From: a virus
IMG/VR virus record: IMGVR_UViG_3300046475_000289
Direction: 5' to 3' (one strand)
Length of the DNA stretch: 35,727 nt
Shown: positions 1 through 7,486 of the stretch, one piece after another
How the letters are laid out: every line of letters begins with the position of its first letter
How positions within the stretch are numbered: position 1 is the first letter of the stretch
Notes under the pieces: model-generated
Databases searched by the model: none
What the model was told of the DNA's origin: nothing
Seen by the model: only the letters and a program-made list of their open reading frames with translations
Translations under genes and position numbers: made by a program

Positions 1-91
1 CTCGACGCGGGCCGCCCGTCGGTTCTCCGCGCTCACTGGGTTCCTTACCTGTGCTCGGACGTCTTCGTGTTGGCGCAGTACGCGGCGCTTC
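1..91. repeat. 91-bp terminal overlap, identical to 35637-35727 (circular assembly overlap or terminal redundancy)
   Basis: Base-by-base comparison: ctcgacgcgggccgcccgtcggttctccgcgctcactgggttccttacctgtgctcggacgtcttcgtgttggcgcagtacgcggcgcttc at both ends. Confidence 0.97.
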
Positions 92-330
92 GCTTCGATC
101 TCGCGCAGCACCCTGGCCGGATCATGCTCGGCGATGAACGCGGCCTGCTCCACGGTCGGGTAACCCTCGTCGTAAGCCACGTGATAGCCGTCATGATCAC
201 CTGAGACGTGAGCACCATTCTCATCCCCGTGGTGGTGCCATCGCCCTTCCGCGCCCTCGCGAGCCGCCAGTGCGATCCGCTCGTCCTCGTCGAGCTGCTC
301 GCCGAGCCACCGCACCAGGTCTTCCGTCAT
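1..330 (-). CDS. DUF6221-like protein, first 110 codons; the gene continues across the window junction into 35636..35553
   Basis: ATG at 330; hand translation MTEDLVRWLGEQLDEDERIALAAREGAEGRWHHHGDENGAHVSGDHDGYHVAYDEGYPTVEQAAFIAEHDPARVLREIEAKRRVLRQHEDVRAQVRNPVSAENRRAARVE runs off position 1 without a stop. Motifs HDPARVLRE.EAKR and C-terminal PYADRPGYREEWRP are recalled from the actinobacterial DUF6221 family. Not in the ORF track because it is truncated by the window edge. Confidence 0.7.
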   Translation of the reverse strand, partial: MTEDLVRWLGEQLDEDERIALAAREGAEGRWHHHGDENGAHVSGDHDGYHVAYDEGYPTVEQAAFIAEHDPARVLREIEAKRRVLRQHEDVRAQVRNPVSAENRRAARVE

Positions 331-416
331 GGGGTCATCCTCTCGCAGTGGTGTCAGCCGCGGGCACAGTCTCGGGAGCCGGTTCCGGGGCGATCTGGGC
401 CGCTCGTGGAGGGGCC

Positions 417-503
417 CGAAACTCGAAACTTCGCAGGTGGGGTCCGATATCGGGGGCGAAACCGGTTTCGGATCAAGGCGAAACCACGGGCTTGATCCGA
501 AAC
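417..503. repeat. Array of CGAAAC(C) motifs (5 direct, 1 inverted) with an embedded palindrome and hairpin; candidate clt-like translocase recognition array or terminator/promoter region
   Basis: CGAAAC at 417, 424, 457, 479 and 498; inverted copy at 464-470 gives the perfect palindrome CGAAACCGGTTTCG (457-470); GGATCAAG (470-477) and CTTGATCC (491-498) form an 8-bp stem whose loop holds another copy. Confidence 0.8.
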
Positions 504-516
504 CGGGTTGAGGGCT

Positions 517-2613
517 CTACTCGGCGTCTTCTGCGGCGGGCAGATCGGCGTACCGGAGGCCCTTGGCGCCGCCGCAGCACTCCCGGATGGTGAGCTGCCG
601 GGTGGACACCTTGTGGGGCTTCAGGGCGGCGGACAGGGCCGTGGACGCTCCGGCGGCGTCCAGCTCGGTCCACGGCCGGTACAGGTCGGCCCGGTACGCG
701 GCGAGGGCCTCGACGAGCCGGTGCGAGTGGACGGTCTCGACTCCGTCGGGCCAGATGGCCCGCAGGTGGTCGAGGACCGTCTCGACGTCCTGCTCTTCGA
801 CCCGGGCGCCGACGGCCTGCCCGGTGAGGGTGCCGGCCGCGGTGCGCAGCGCCAGGGCGCGCTTGCCGATGTCCTCGGCCTCGGTCTGCTTGATGAACGC
901 GGCGCGGACGGTGATGCCTTCGCGGCCGCGGGCGAGGATGCCGGTGCCCTGCTCGTCGATGCTGATGTCGGTGGCCCGGAGGCCGCGGTCGTAGGCGCCG
1001 GTGCCGAGCACGTTGTTGTTGGCGCGCCAGTCCATGACGGCGAGGCACAGGCGGGTGCCGACGGAGCTGGAGACCGAGCTGGGCAGGCTCGGGGCGTCGG
1101 GGTTCTGGGTGAGCAGGATGAGGATGAGGCCGTAGGCGCGGCCCTTCTTGATGAGGCGGGTCGCGAGGGCGCTGGCCTCGTCCTTGTAGTCGGCGTGGGT
1201 GAACAGCTCCTGCACCTCGTCGATGACGATGACGCGCGGGCCGAGCTGCTGCTCCGGGTACTTCTCGGCGAGCGCCCGGGTGACGCGCCGGCCGTCGGGG
1301 ACCTCGGAGGCGGGCAGTCCCTTGATGAACTTGGCGCGCCGCTGGTACTCGGCGATCCCGGAGCGCATCCCGGCGAGGGCGGCCTCCAGGTCCTCGTCCT
1401 CGTCGCCGGACACGTACCGGTGGCAGACGGGCTTGACCGAGTCGAGGTCGCCAGAGCCCTTGAGTTCGTAGATCCACAGCTCGGCGGTGACGTCGAGGGC
1501 GACGCCGAGGACGATGGCGAGCGCGCACGACGTCTTGCCGGAGCCGGGGATGCCGCCGACGAGCAGGTTCGAGTACATGAGGGTGACCTCGATGAGGTTG
1601 CCGCGCGGGTCGAAGCCGTAGGGCAGCGGCTCGTACACGTCGGCCTGACCGCCCTTCATGAGCGGCCACAGCCTCCGGTCGGCCTTGGCCGGGTCCCGCT
1701 GGGCGACCCACAGCACGAGACGCCCGGGGTGGGCGGTGCGGTCGGCCGAGGGCCACACGGTGCTGATGGGGCGGCGCATGGCGGCGGCGAGCGCGGCCCG
1801 TTTCTCCAGGACGGCGGTGGCCTCGACACCGGGCGGCAGGTCGACCTCGGCGCGCCAGCCGGGCCCGTCGCGCATCACCTCGGAGGCGAACTCCACGCCC
1901 TTGCGGCCCTTCCTGCCCTCGATGCCGATCGCGGCGAGCGCGTCGAACACCTCGGTGGAGTCGAGGCGGCGGAGCACGTTGGTGGCGACGTAGCGGGTGA
2001 TGAGCGCCTTGTCGCCCTTCTTGCCGTTCAGTCCGGCCAGGGCGGCGGCGCCGATGTAGGCGGTGAGCGTCCAGCCGGGTACGAGGAACGTGCTGACGAG
2101 GGTGGTGATGCCGGTGGCGGTGGCGACGGCGATGGAGGCGACGCGGCGGGGCCGGACGCGGCGGGAGTGCTCGCGGGACAGGGACAGCCACGCTTCGATG
2201 TCGGCGGACGCGGCGGCCTTGGCCTCGACGGGTCGGGCCTCGGTGTCGGCGACCCAGCGGCCCCAGCGGACGATGAGCCGGCCGGTGCCGCGAGGGGCGC
2301 GCAGGAGCAGCCGCCCGAAGTAGACGGGGGCGCGGAGGGCATGGAAGCCGGCGACGTGTCCGTAGTAGGACGCGGTCCAGCGGACGGAGTTCGTGAAGGC
2401 GTCCCAGCGGCGGAGGGCCGGGGGGACGATGGGCGGGGCCTCGGCGAGGTAGGCCTGGCGTTCGGCGATCCATGTGCCGTCGGCGGCGGGCTCGGGGCGG
2501 TCGACGGGACGCGGCTCGGCGTTCTGGATGATGTCGAGGACGGTCTGCCGGACGCCAGCGTCCTCGGCGTCCTGAGGGGCGTCCTGTAGCGGCTTGATCA
2601 GGCTGTCGGTCAT
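517..2613 (-). CDS. FtsK/SpoIIIE-family DNA translocase, Streptomyces TraB-like
   Basis: 698 aa; Walker A GGIPGSGKTSCA, Walker B VIVIDEVQELF, LILLTQNP motif, hydrophobic N-terminal segment (IAVATATGITTLVSTFLVPGWTLTAYIGAAALAG), C-terminal wHTH-like tail (SHRLVEALAAYRADLY...KVSTRQL). Confidence 0.9.
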   Translation of the reverse strand: MTDSLIKPLQDAPQDAEDAGVRQTVLDIIQNAEPRPVDRPEPAADGTWIAERQAYLAEAPPIVPPALRRWDAFTNSVRWTASYYGHVAGFHALRAPVYFGRLLLRAPRGTGRLIVRWGRWVADTEARPVEAKAAASADIEAWLSLSREHSRRVRPRRVASIAVATATGITTLVSTFLVPGWTLTAYIGAAALAGLNGKKGDKALITRYVATNVLRRLDSTEVFDALAAIGIEGRKGRKGVEFASEVMRDGPGWRAEVDLPPGVEATAVLEKRAALAAAMRRPISTVWPSADRTAHPGRLVLWVAQRDPAKADRRLWPLMKGGQADVYEPLPYGFDPRGNLIEVTLMYSNLLVGGIPGSGKTSCALAIVLGVALDVTAELWIYELKGSGDLDSVKPVCHRYVSGDEDEDLEAALAGMRSGIAEYQRRAKFIKGLPASEVPDGRRVTRALAEKYPEQQLGPRVIVIDEVQELFTHADYKDEASALATRLIKKGRAYGLILILLTQNPDAPSLPSSVSSSVGTRLCLAVMDWRANNNVLGTGAYDRGLRATDISIDEQGTGILARGREGITVRAAFIKQTEAEDIGKRALALRTAAGTLTGQAVGARVEEQDVETVLDHLRAIWPDGVETVHSHRLVEALAAYRADLYRPWTELDAAGASTALSAALKPHKVSTRQLTIRECCGGAKGLRYADLPAAEDAE

Positions 2614-2649
2614 GCTGGTGGCTCCGGTTGCTCGATGGGCGGTCCGGGG

Positions 2650-2692
2650 CCCGGGGACGGCGACGGCTTGCAGGCAGGACGCCGTCCCCGGG
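2650..2692 (-). terminator. 13-bp GC stem hairpin between the 61-aa gene and the translocase gene (terminator or attenuator, no U tail)
   Basis: cccggggacggcg (2650-2662) pairs perfectly with cgccgtccccggg (2680-2692); 17-nt loop. Confidence 0.45.
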
Positions 2693-2698
2693 GCGGTG

Positions 2699-2884
2699 CT
2701 ACTTGCGGCGTGCGGCGTCCTTGGCGTCCTCGCGCTTCTGCGCGTCCTCGCGGATCCGCTCGACGCGGTTCTCCAGGGCCTTGACGGGCTTGCCGCGGGC
2801 CTGACGGCGTTCGATGCGGACGCCGAGGAGGATCACGGCGGCCAACTCGCGGGCGTTGTGCGGGTCCTTGTCGGTGAGCGCCAT
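2699..2884 (-). CDS. Hypothetical small basic protein (61 aa)
   Basis: ORF track; plausible sequence MALTDKDPHNARELAAVILLGVRIERRQARGKPVKALENRVERIRED...; 1-nt gap to the upstream gene. Confidence 0.6.
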   Translation of the reverse strand: MALTDKDPHNARELAAVILLGVRIERRQARGKPVKALENRVERIREDAQKREDAKDAARRK

Positions 2885-2885
2885 G

Positions 2886-3092
2886 TCAGGCCTCCGGGGT
2901 GGTGTCGTCGGGCAGGGCCTGGGCGACGGCGGCGTCCGCGACGGCGATCGATGCCCACAGGGCGCCGGCGGCGGCGAGCGGCTCCGCCCTCTGCCAGCCG
3001 TCGCCCCGGGCCGCGGACTCGGCCTCGCGGGCGAGGGTGGTGGCGCGGTCGATGGCGGCGTCCGCCATCTTCAGGCGCTTGTCTCGGTTCAC
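2886..3092 (-). CDS. Hypothetical protein (68 aa), GTG start
   Basis: C-terminal part of ORF 2886..3236. Trimmed to GTG at 3092, preceded by CAGGAGGAACCC (RBS). The N-terminal extension is Pro/Ser-rich off-frame-like sequence overlapping the upstream gene. Confidence 0.6.
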   Translation of the reverse strand: MNRDKRLKMADAAIDRATTLAREAESAARGDGWQRAEPLAAAGALWASIAVADAAVAQALPDDTTPEA

Positions 3093-3105
3093 GGGTTCCT
3101 CCTGT

Positions 3106-3405
3106 TCAGCGGTGCTTTTGGATGTCGCTCCAGATGGAGCGGAGGACGAGGGCGAGGATCGCGACGGACACGGCGCCGATGGCGACGGCGATGGCGAACA
3201 GGGAGGCGACCAGGCCCCCGGCGATGCCGAGGCCACCGATGGTCAGCCACTTCCGGGCGTCGAACTCCTGCCGGGCCTGCTGCGGGGCGGGCGTCTGCTC
3301 CGCGGTGGCCTTCTGCACGGCGAGGATTGCGGTGATCGTCCGCATCAGCTCGGTGTTGTCGGCAGCCTCGACGGCGTCCCGGGCCGCCTTCTCGATGTCG
3401 CTCAC
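3106..3405 (-). CDS. Small membrane protein (99 aa) with a C-terminal pair of TM helices
   Basis: GTG at 3405 overlaps the upstream stop (GTGA); hydrophobic WLTIGGLGIAGGLVASLFAIAVAIGAVSVAILALVL. Confidence 0.65.
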   Translation of the reverse strand: MSDIEKAARDAVEAADNTELMRTITAILAVQKATAEQTPAPQQARQEFDARKWLTIGGLGIAGGLVASLFAIAVAIGAVSVAILALVLRSIWSDIQKHR

Positions 3406-4349
3406 GGGTTGCCCCCGCCCGGCCCGGCCAGTGCCTTCTCCCGGTCGTACAGGGCGTCGATGGTGTCCCATGCCCCGGTCAGACCTTGGGCGTTCATCTC
3501 GGCCCGCATCGCCGCACGGAACTGCCGCTTCGAGGGCGGCGGGTCGGTGGCGTACAGCTCGGCGGCGAGCATCGCTACCGCCTTGCTGTTCGCCGTCCGC
3601 GGCCCCTCCAGCGGGGGCGTGCCAGAACCGTGACCGCCCTGCGTGACCGCCAGGCTTGAACCCCCCGTGCCACCTGCGGTTTCGTCGTCCGGCACACCCC
3701 CCGCGAGGAGGGCCTGCAACTCGGTGTCGGAGACCAGGGCGGGAAGGTCGGTGTGCCAGTCCGGCAAGGGGTGCTCGTCCACGATCTCCGCGTACCGCTC
3801 GAACGCGTCGTGGGTGGTCGTGATGGCCTCGGCTTCCGCCTCCCGGGACGCCTTCACGATGTCCGCGGCAGCGAGGGTCTCGTCGGCCCGTGCCGCGGCC
3901 ACGGCACGGGAGACGGCGATGCGGTCACGCGTGATGGCACGGGTTCGGTCGATGGCGGCCTGCGCCCGCGCGCTGATCCGGGTGCGCTCCCGGTCGATCG
4001 CCATGACGAGCGTCGTCTTCGCGAGGACGGGGATCAGGGCGCCGACCGCCGCGGCGAGAGCGTCTCCGGCGAGCGCCCCGTGCACGGCGAGGACCGCAAC
4101 GGTGAGGGGCAGGAACACCCACCCGATGACCTTGGGGAGTCGGGCACTGGATCCCTGCCGGCGGTGCGCGGTCTCCTGCGCGAGGGCGTACAGCCAGACG
4201 GCGTCGTAGAGGACGGCGACGGAGTAGGCGAACGCGGGGTGGGCGGTCGCGGTGAGGATGCTGCCGATCGCGGCGACGGCCCACACGACCGCGACGGCGG
4301 TAAGGATGGCGGGCAGCAGCCAGGGCGCTGCCTTCCTGACGTGGTTCAC
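3402..4349 (-). CDS. Polytopic membrane protein, DUF2637/Spd-like (N-terminal approx. 4 TM helices plus soluble C-terminal domain)
   Basis: 315 aa; N-terminus PWLLPAILTAVAVVWAVAAIG..AYSVAVLYDAVWLYALA..VIGWVFLPLTVAVLAVHG..AAAVGALIPVLAKTTLVMAI; located upstream of a TraB-like gene as in actinomycete integrative/conjugative elements. Family assignment is from memory. Confidence 0.5.
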   Translation of the reverse strand: MNHVRKAAPWLLPAILTAVAVVWAVAAIGSILTATAHPAFAYSVAVLYDAVWLYALAQETAHRRQGSSARLPKVIGWVFLPLTVAVLAVHGALAGDALAAAVGALIPVLAKTTLVMAIDRERTRISARAQAAIDRTRAITRDRIAVSRAVAAARADETLAAADIVKASREAEAEAITTTHDAFERYAEIVDEHPLPDWHTDLPALVSDTELQALLAGGVPDDETAGGTGGSSLAVTQGGHGSGTPPLEGPRTANSKAVAMLAAELYATDPPPSKRQFRAAMRAEMNAQGLTGAWDTIDALYDREKALAGPGGGNP

Positions 4350-4597
4350 GGGGTGTCCTCTCGGAACGACGCGTAGTCGCCGGGCGGGTAGACGTAGTTA
4401 CTGAGGGCGCCCTCGGCGGCGACGGCCGCAGCGCCGAGGGTGGCGACGACCGCAGCGGTGCCGGCATGCCCGTGCTGCGCGGCTGCCTGCGCCGTTACGG
4501 CAGCGAGCTGGGTGGCGCGGCGGGCGGAGGCGGGGGAGCCGTCGGGCGTGTTCATCGCGGAGTACAGGGCGTCGCGGGCCCGGTCGCGGAAGCTCAC
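4346..4597 (-). CDS. Hypothetical Ala-rich protein (83 aa)
   Basis: ORF track; 4-nt overlaps with both neighbours. Confidence 0.55.
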   Translation of the reverse strand: MSFRDRARDALYSAMNTPDGSPASARRATQLAAVTAQAAAQHGHAGTAAVVATLGAAAVAAEGALSNYVYPPGDYASFREDTP

Positions 4598-4968
4598 TGG
4601 CCACCGTCCCGGAGCGCGTCGAGCTGGTCGGCGAGGCCGCGGAGCCGATCGGCGTACCGGTCGAGGTCAGCGGCCAGGCTGTACAGCTCGGTGGCGTCGA
4701 GGGTCTGGCCGAGCGGGTAGACAGAGACGCCGGGCGCCCGGCCGCCGAGGTGCCTGTCGGAGGACTCGGCGTAGGGGGACTGGACGAGCTCGGCGGCGAG
4801 CAGCGTGCGGCCGAGGTAGAGGCACTCGACGACGGGGCCGGCGTGGATGAGGTCGACGCGCTGGGTCTCGGGGTCGTGGTGGGCGTGGCCCGCGCACCAC
4901 GTGGGCTCGGGCAGGGCGACCGGGCCGTGGTCGGCGGTGGTCAGGGTGACGGTGCGCAGCTCGGTCAC
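4594..4968 (-). CDS. Hypothetical protein (124 aa), possibly DUF6907-like
   Basis: ORF track; PTWCAGHAHHD motif and C-terminal coiled-coil-like LDRYADRLRGLADQLDAL; family assignment is weak and from memory. Confidence 0.6.
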   Translation of the reverse strand: MTELRTVTLTTADHGPVALPEPTWCAGHAHHDPETQRVDLIHAGPVVECLYLGRTLLAAELVQSPYAESSDRHLGGRAPGVSVYPLGQTLDATELYSLAADLDRYADRLRGLADQLDALRDGGQ

Positions 4969-5303
4969 TGGTCCTCCCCTGCGGGGAGCGCGACGGCCTC
5001 GGCCCAGGTCTTGCCCTCGTTGAGGGCGGCGTCCGCCTGGTCGACGGTGACGTAGCCGGTGACGGGGTGCTGGGCGAGACGGTCGCGCAGGTAGCGGGCG
5101 TCCCAGGCGGGGCCCATGGCGGGGCTGAGCTCGGCGTCATCGAGCGTGCTGCGCAGCGCGAGGCGGGCGTACATGACGCGGTCGTTGAGGAGCCGGTCGT
5201 GGGCGTCCTGGCCGCCGTAGGTGGCGGGGTGCGGGATGTTGATCGCTTCGAGGACGGCGGCGAGGAGGTCGCGCACCGGCTCGGGGATGTCGATGTTGGT
5301 CAC
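4965..5303 (-). CDS. Hypothetical protein (112 aa)
   Basis: C-terminal part of ORF 4965..5738. GTG at 5303 overlaps the upstream stop (GTGA). Sequence VTNIDIPEPVRDLLAAVLEAINIPHPATYGG... is protein-like, whereas the track N-terminus is Arg/Pro junk. Confidence 0.6.
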   Translation of the reverse strand: MTNIDIPEPVRDLLAAVLEAINIPHPATYGGQDAHDRLLNDRVMYARLALRSTLDDAELSPAMGPAWDARYLRDRLAQHPVTGYVTVDQADAALNEGKTWAEAVALPAGEDQ

Positions 5304-5458
5304 CGGGCGTCCGCCTTGCGGATGCTGCTGCCGGTGGCGCCGGCCGCGGTGACGCGCACGGTGATCGTGCGGCCGGGGGTGCGGCGGATGATGCCGGCCG
5401 CGACGAGGCGGCGGCTGGGCTGCGCACTGGTCAGTGCGCACGGAATAGACTCCGGCAT
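5300..5458 (-). CDS. Hypothetical small protein (52 aa)
   Basis: ATG at 5458 preceded by CCAGGAGGACCGGCC (RBS); MPESIPCALTSAQPSRRLVAAGIIRRTPGRTITVRVTAAGATGSSIRKADAR. Confidence 0.5.
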   Translation of the reverse strand: MPESIPCALTSAQPSRRLVAAGIIRRTPGRTITVRVTAAGATGSSIRKADAR

Positions 5459-5559
5459 GGCCGGTCCTCCTGGTTGAGTCAGGGGGTTCTGGTCTGGGGT
5501 CGGGCGACGCGCGCGCCTCGGGTGTTCCACCACCCGGGAGCTGTCGTCCGGCCCCGCTT

Positions 5560-5808
5560 CTATTCGGTTGTCGAGTACTTCTTGATCGCGTCGTTGACGG
5601 AGGTGTAACTCCGTCCGACGTCCTTCGCGACCTTGTAGGCGCTGCCGAGTTCGGCCTTGCCGTCGGCGAGCGCCTTGCCGCGCCGTTCGAGCGCTCCGGA
5701 CAGTTGCGATTGGAGCTGTTCCACCAGCTCTTCCTCACGCCTGAACCGGACCCGCCAGGGTTCCTCGGTCACAACGGAGAGACTATCACGGGGGGCCGTT
5801 ATAGTCAC
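5560..5808 (-). CDS. Small protein with C-terminal HTH-like segment (82 aa)
   Basis: GTG at 5808 overlaps the upstream stop (GTGA); C-terminus LGSAYKVAKDVGRSYTSVNDAIKKY resembles an HTH. Confidence 0.5.
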   Translation of the reverse strand: MTITAPRDSLSVVTEEPWRVRFRREEELVEQLQSQLSGALERRGKALADGKAELGSAYKVAKDVGRSYTSVNDAIKKYSTTE

Positions 5809-6443
5809 GCGTTCTCCTTCGGCTGGAAGTGCGCGAGCAGCAGCAACTCCTGCTCCGTCCGGTACGACGCCCCGCACCACCGGCACCGCACCACCTCACC
5901 CGGCAGCCGGGACAGCACCGCACCGCACACCGCCCCGTCCACCGCCGCGATGCACAACCCGAGCCGCTGACGACGCGGCAGCGGATCCCCGACGAGCGAC
6001 CGCAGCTGGGCCTCCAACTCGCGGACCTCGCGCGCCAGGTCGCCGGCCGCCGGGTAGTGGACGACGATCCACTCCAGCTCCATCGACAGCCACCGGCAGT
6101 CCGCGGCCAGCCCGGCCGGGGGCGGCGCCGCGTGCTGCGGCCACCGCTCCCGCTGGACGTCCACCCGCCAGGAGTGCACGACCTCGCCCGCCCGGTTGCC
6201 GTGGATCTCGTCGAACACCGCCTCGTTGATCGGCGACCGCGGGCCAGCGGCCGACCGCGTGGCGACCAACTCGCCGAACCCGGAACGCGCGGGCACCAGA
6301 TGCATGGTCAGCTCGGCGTCGAGGTCGGGCAGTTGGGCGAGGCGCCGGACGAGGGTGACCGCGTCCCGCTCGCACAGGTACCGGCCGTCGGCCTCGCCCT
6401 CGCACAGCCCGCAGGCGTTCACGGCTTGGTCGTTGAGGGTCAC
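5805..6443 (-). CDS. Hypothetical protein (212 aa) with N- and C-terminal Cys pairs (possible zinc ribbon)
   Basis: ORF track; CGLCEGEADGRYLC near the N-terminus, CGAVLSRLPGEVVRCRWC near the C-terminus. Confidence 0.65.
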   Translation of the reverse strand: MTLNDQAVNACGLCEGEADGRYLCERDAVTLVRRLAQLPDLDAELTMHLVPARSGFGELVATRSAAGPRSPINEAVFDEIHGNRAGEVVHSWRVDVQRERWPQHAAPPPAGLAADCRWLSMELEWIVVHYPAAGDLAREVRELEAQLRSLVGDPLPRRQRLGLCIAAVDGAVCGAVLSRLPGEVVRCRWCGASYRTEQELLLLAHFQPKENA

Positions 6444-6473
6444 GTCGGCCTCCCTTCTCTGGCTGGTCGCTGA

Positions 6474-6950
6474 TCAGAACGGGGGCTCGTCGCTGTGTCC
6501 TGCGCTCTGCGCGGCGGGCTGCTGGTTGCCCCAGCCGCCGCCCTGCTGCTGGCCGCCACCGTGTCCGGATCCGGACACGCCGCCCGCCGGGTTCTTGGTG
6601 ACCTTGGCGGTGGCGCGGGCGAGGGTCGGGCCGACCTCGTCGACGTCGAGCTCGTACACGGTCCGCTTCACGCCCTGGCCGTCCTCGTAAGACCGCTGCT
6701 TCAGCCGACCCTGGACGATGACGCGCACGCCCTTAGCGAGGGACTCGGCGACGTTCTCGGCGGCCTGCCGCCACACCGAGCAGGTGAGGAACAGGGCGTC
6801 GCCGTCCTTCCACTCGTTGGCCTCGCGGTTGAAGACGCGCGGGGTGGAGGCGATGCGGAACTTGGCGACGGCGGCGCCGGCCTGGGTGAAGCGGAGTTCG
6901 GGGTCGTCGACCAGATTGCCGACGACGGTGATGACGGTCTCGCCTGCCAT
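6474..6950 (-). CDS. ssb: Single-stranded DNA-binding protein
   Basis: ATG at 6950; [40 protein letters not shown]-fold signature, Gly/Gln-rich linker, acidic tip DEPPF. Confidence 0.95.
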   Translation of the reverse strand: MAGETVITVVGNLVDDPELRFTQAGAAVAKFRIASTPRVFNREANEWKDGDALFLTCSVWRQAAENVAESLAKGVRVIVQGRLKQRSYEDGQGVKRTVYELDVDEVGPTLARATAKVTKNPAGGVSGSGHGGGQQQGGGWGNQQPAAQSAGHSDEPPF

Positions 6951-7011
6951 GGCGGGGCTCCTTCGGGAGTGGTGGTCGCGGTGACCACCGGTTGCGGGAT
7001 GCTGGGTGGGA

Positions 7012-7040
7012 GGCCGGGCCCGATATCCGCGGGCCCGGCC
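7012..7040 (-). terminator. 11-bp perfect GC hairpin upstream of ssb (attenuator/terminator)
   Basis: ggccgggcccg (7012-7022) pairs with cgggcccggcc (7030-7040); 7-nt loop; no U tail. Confidence 0.4.
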
Positions 7041-7053
7041 GATTGCGTGCGGG

Positions 7054-7452
7054 TTAGGCCGAAGTGCTGCTCTGCCACGGGTCGGTGTTGAGGAACTGCT
7101 CCCGCTGGAACGCCTGCGCGAGGTCATCCAGTTCGGCGGCGAGCCGGTAGACCGGGCCGAGGGGCATGCCGACCGGGGTCTCTGCGCTGCGGAAGAAGTA
7201 GGCGAGCCAGCCCTGGACTACGTCGCGGAACACGACCGGGTTGCCGTGGAGTTCGCCGCTGTCGAGTCGGCGCAGGCTGGCCTCCAGGGTGGTGAGGGCC
7301 GTCCGTTCCCCGGCGTTGAAGGTGGGGTCCTCGGCGAAGTAGTGGAGGTCTTCGGCGAGGCCTTCGATCATGCTGGGGGCGACGGCGTTCCAGAGGCCGG
7401 TGATGCGAGCTGCGGTGAAGTCGTCGACGTCGGTGATGGTGGTGCGGTGCAT
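7054..7452 (-). CDS. Hypothetical protein (132 aa)
   Basis: ORF track; protein-like composition; RBS-like GGAGAACCACC before the ATG. Confidence 0.65.
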   Translation of the reverse strand: MHRTTITDVDDFTAARITGLWNAVAPSMIEGLAEDLHYFAEDPTFNAGERTALTTLEASLRRLDSGELHGNPVVFRDVVQGWLAYFFRSAETPVGMPLGPVYRLAAELDDLAQAFQREQFLNTDPWQSSTSA

Positions 7453-7486
7453 GGTGGTTCTCCTTCGGTTGTTGGCTGGCTGCCGG

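Noticed and set aside
1-91. The 91-bp terminal repeats interpreted as attL/attR or transposon-like direct repeats
   Set aside because: The integrase is a serine recombinase, which does not generate long direct repeats. The repeat also lies inside a coding sequence that reads continuously across the junction, which indicates a circular assembly overlap.
508-2589. 693-aa plus-strand ORF (and the 666-aa minus-strand ORF 473..2473) overlapping the translocase gene
   Set aside because: These are shadow ORFs typical of high-GC DNA. Their products are Gly/Arg/Pro/Asp low-complexity strings with no motifs, while the 517..2613 frame has clear FtsK Walker motifs.
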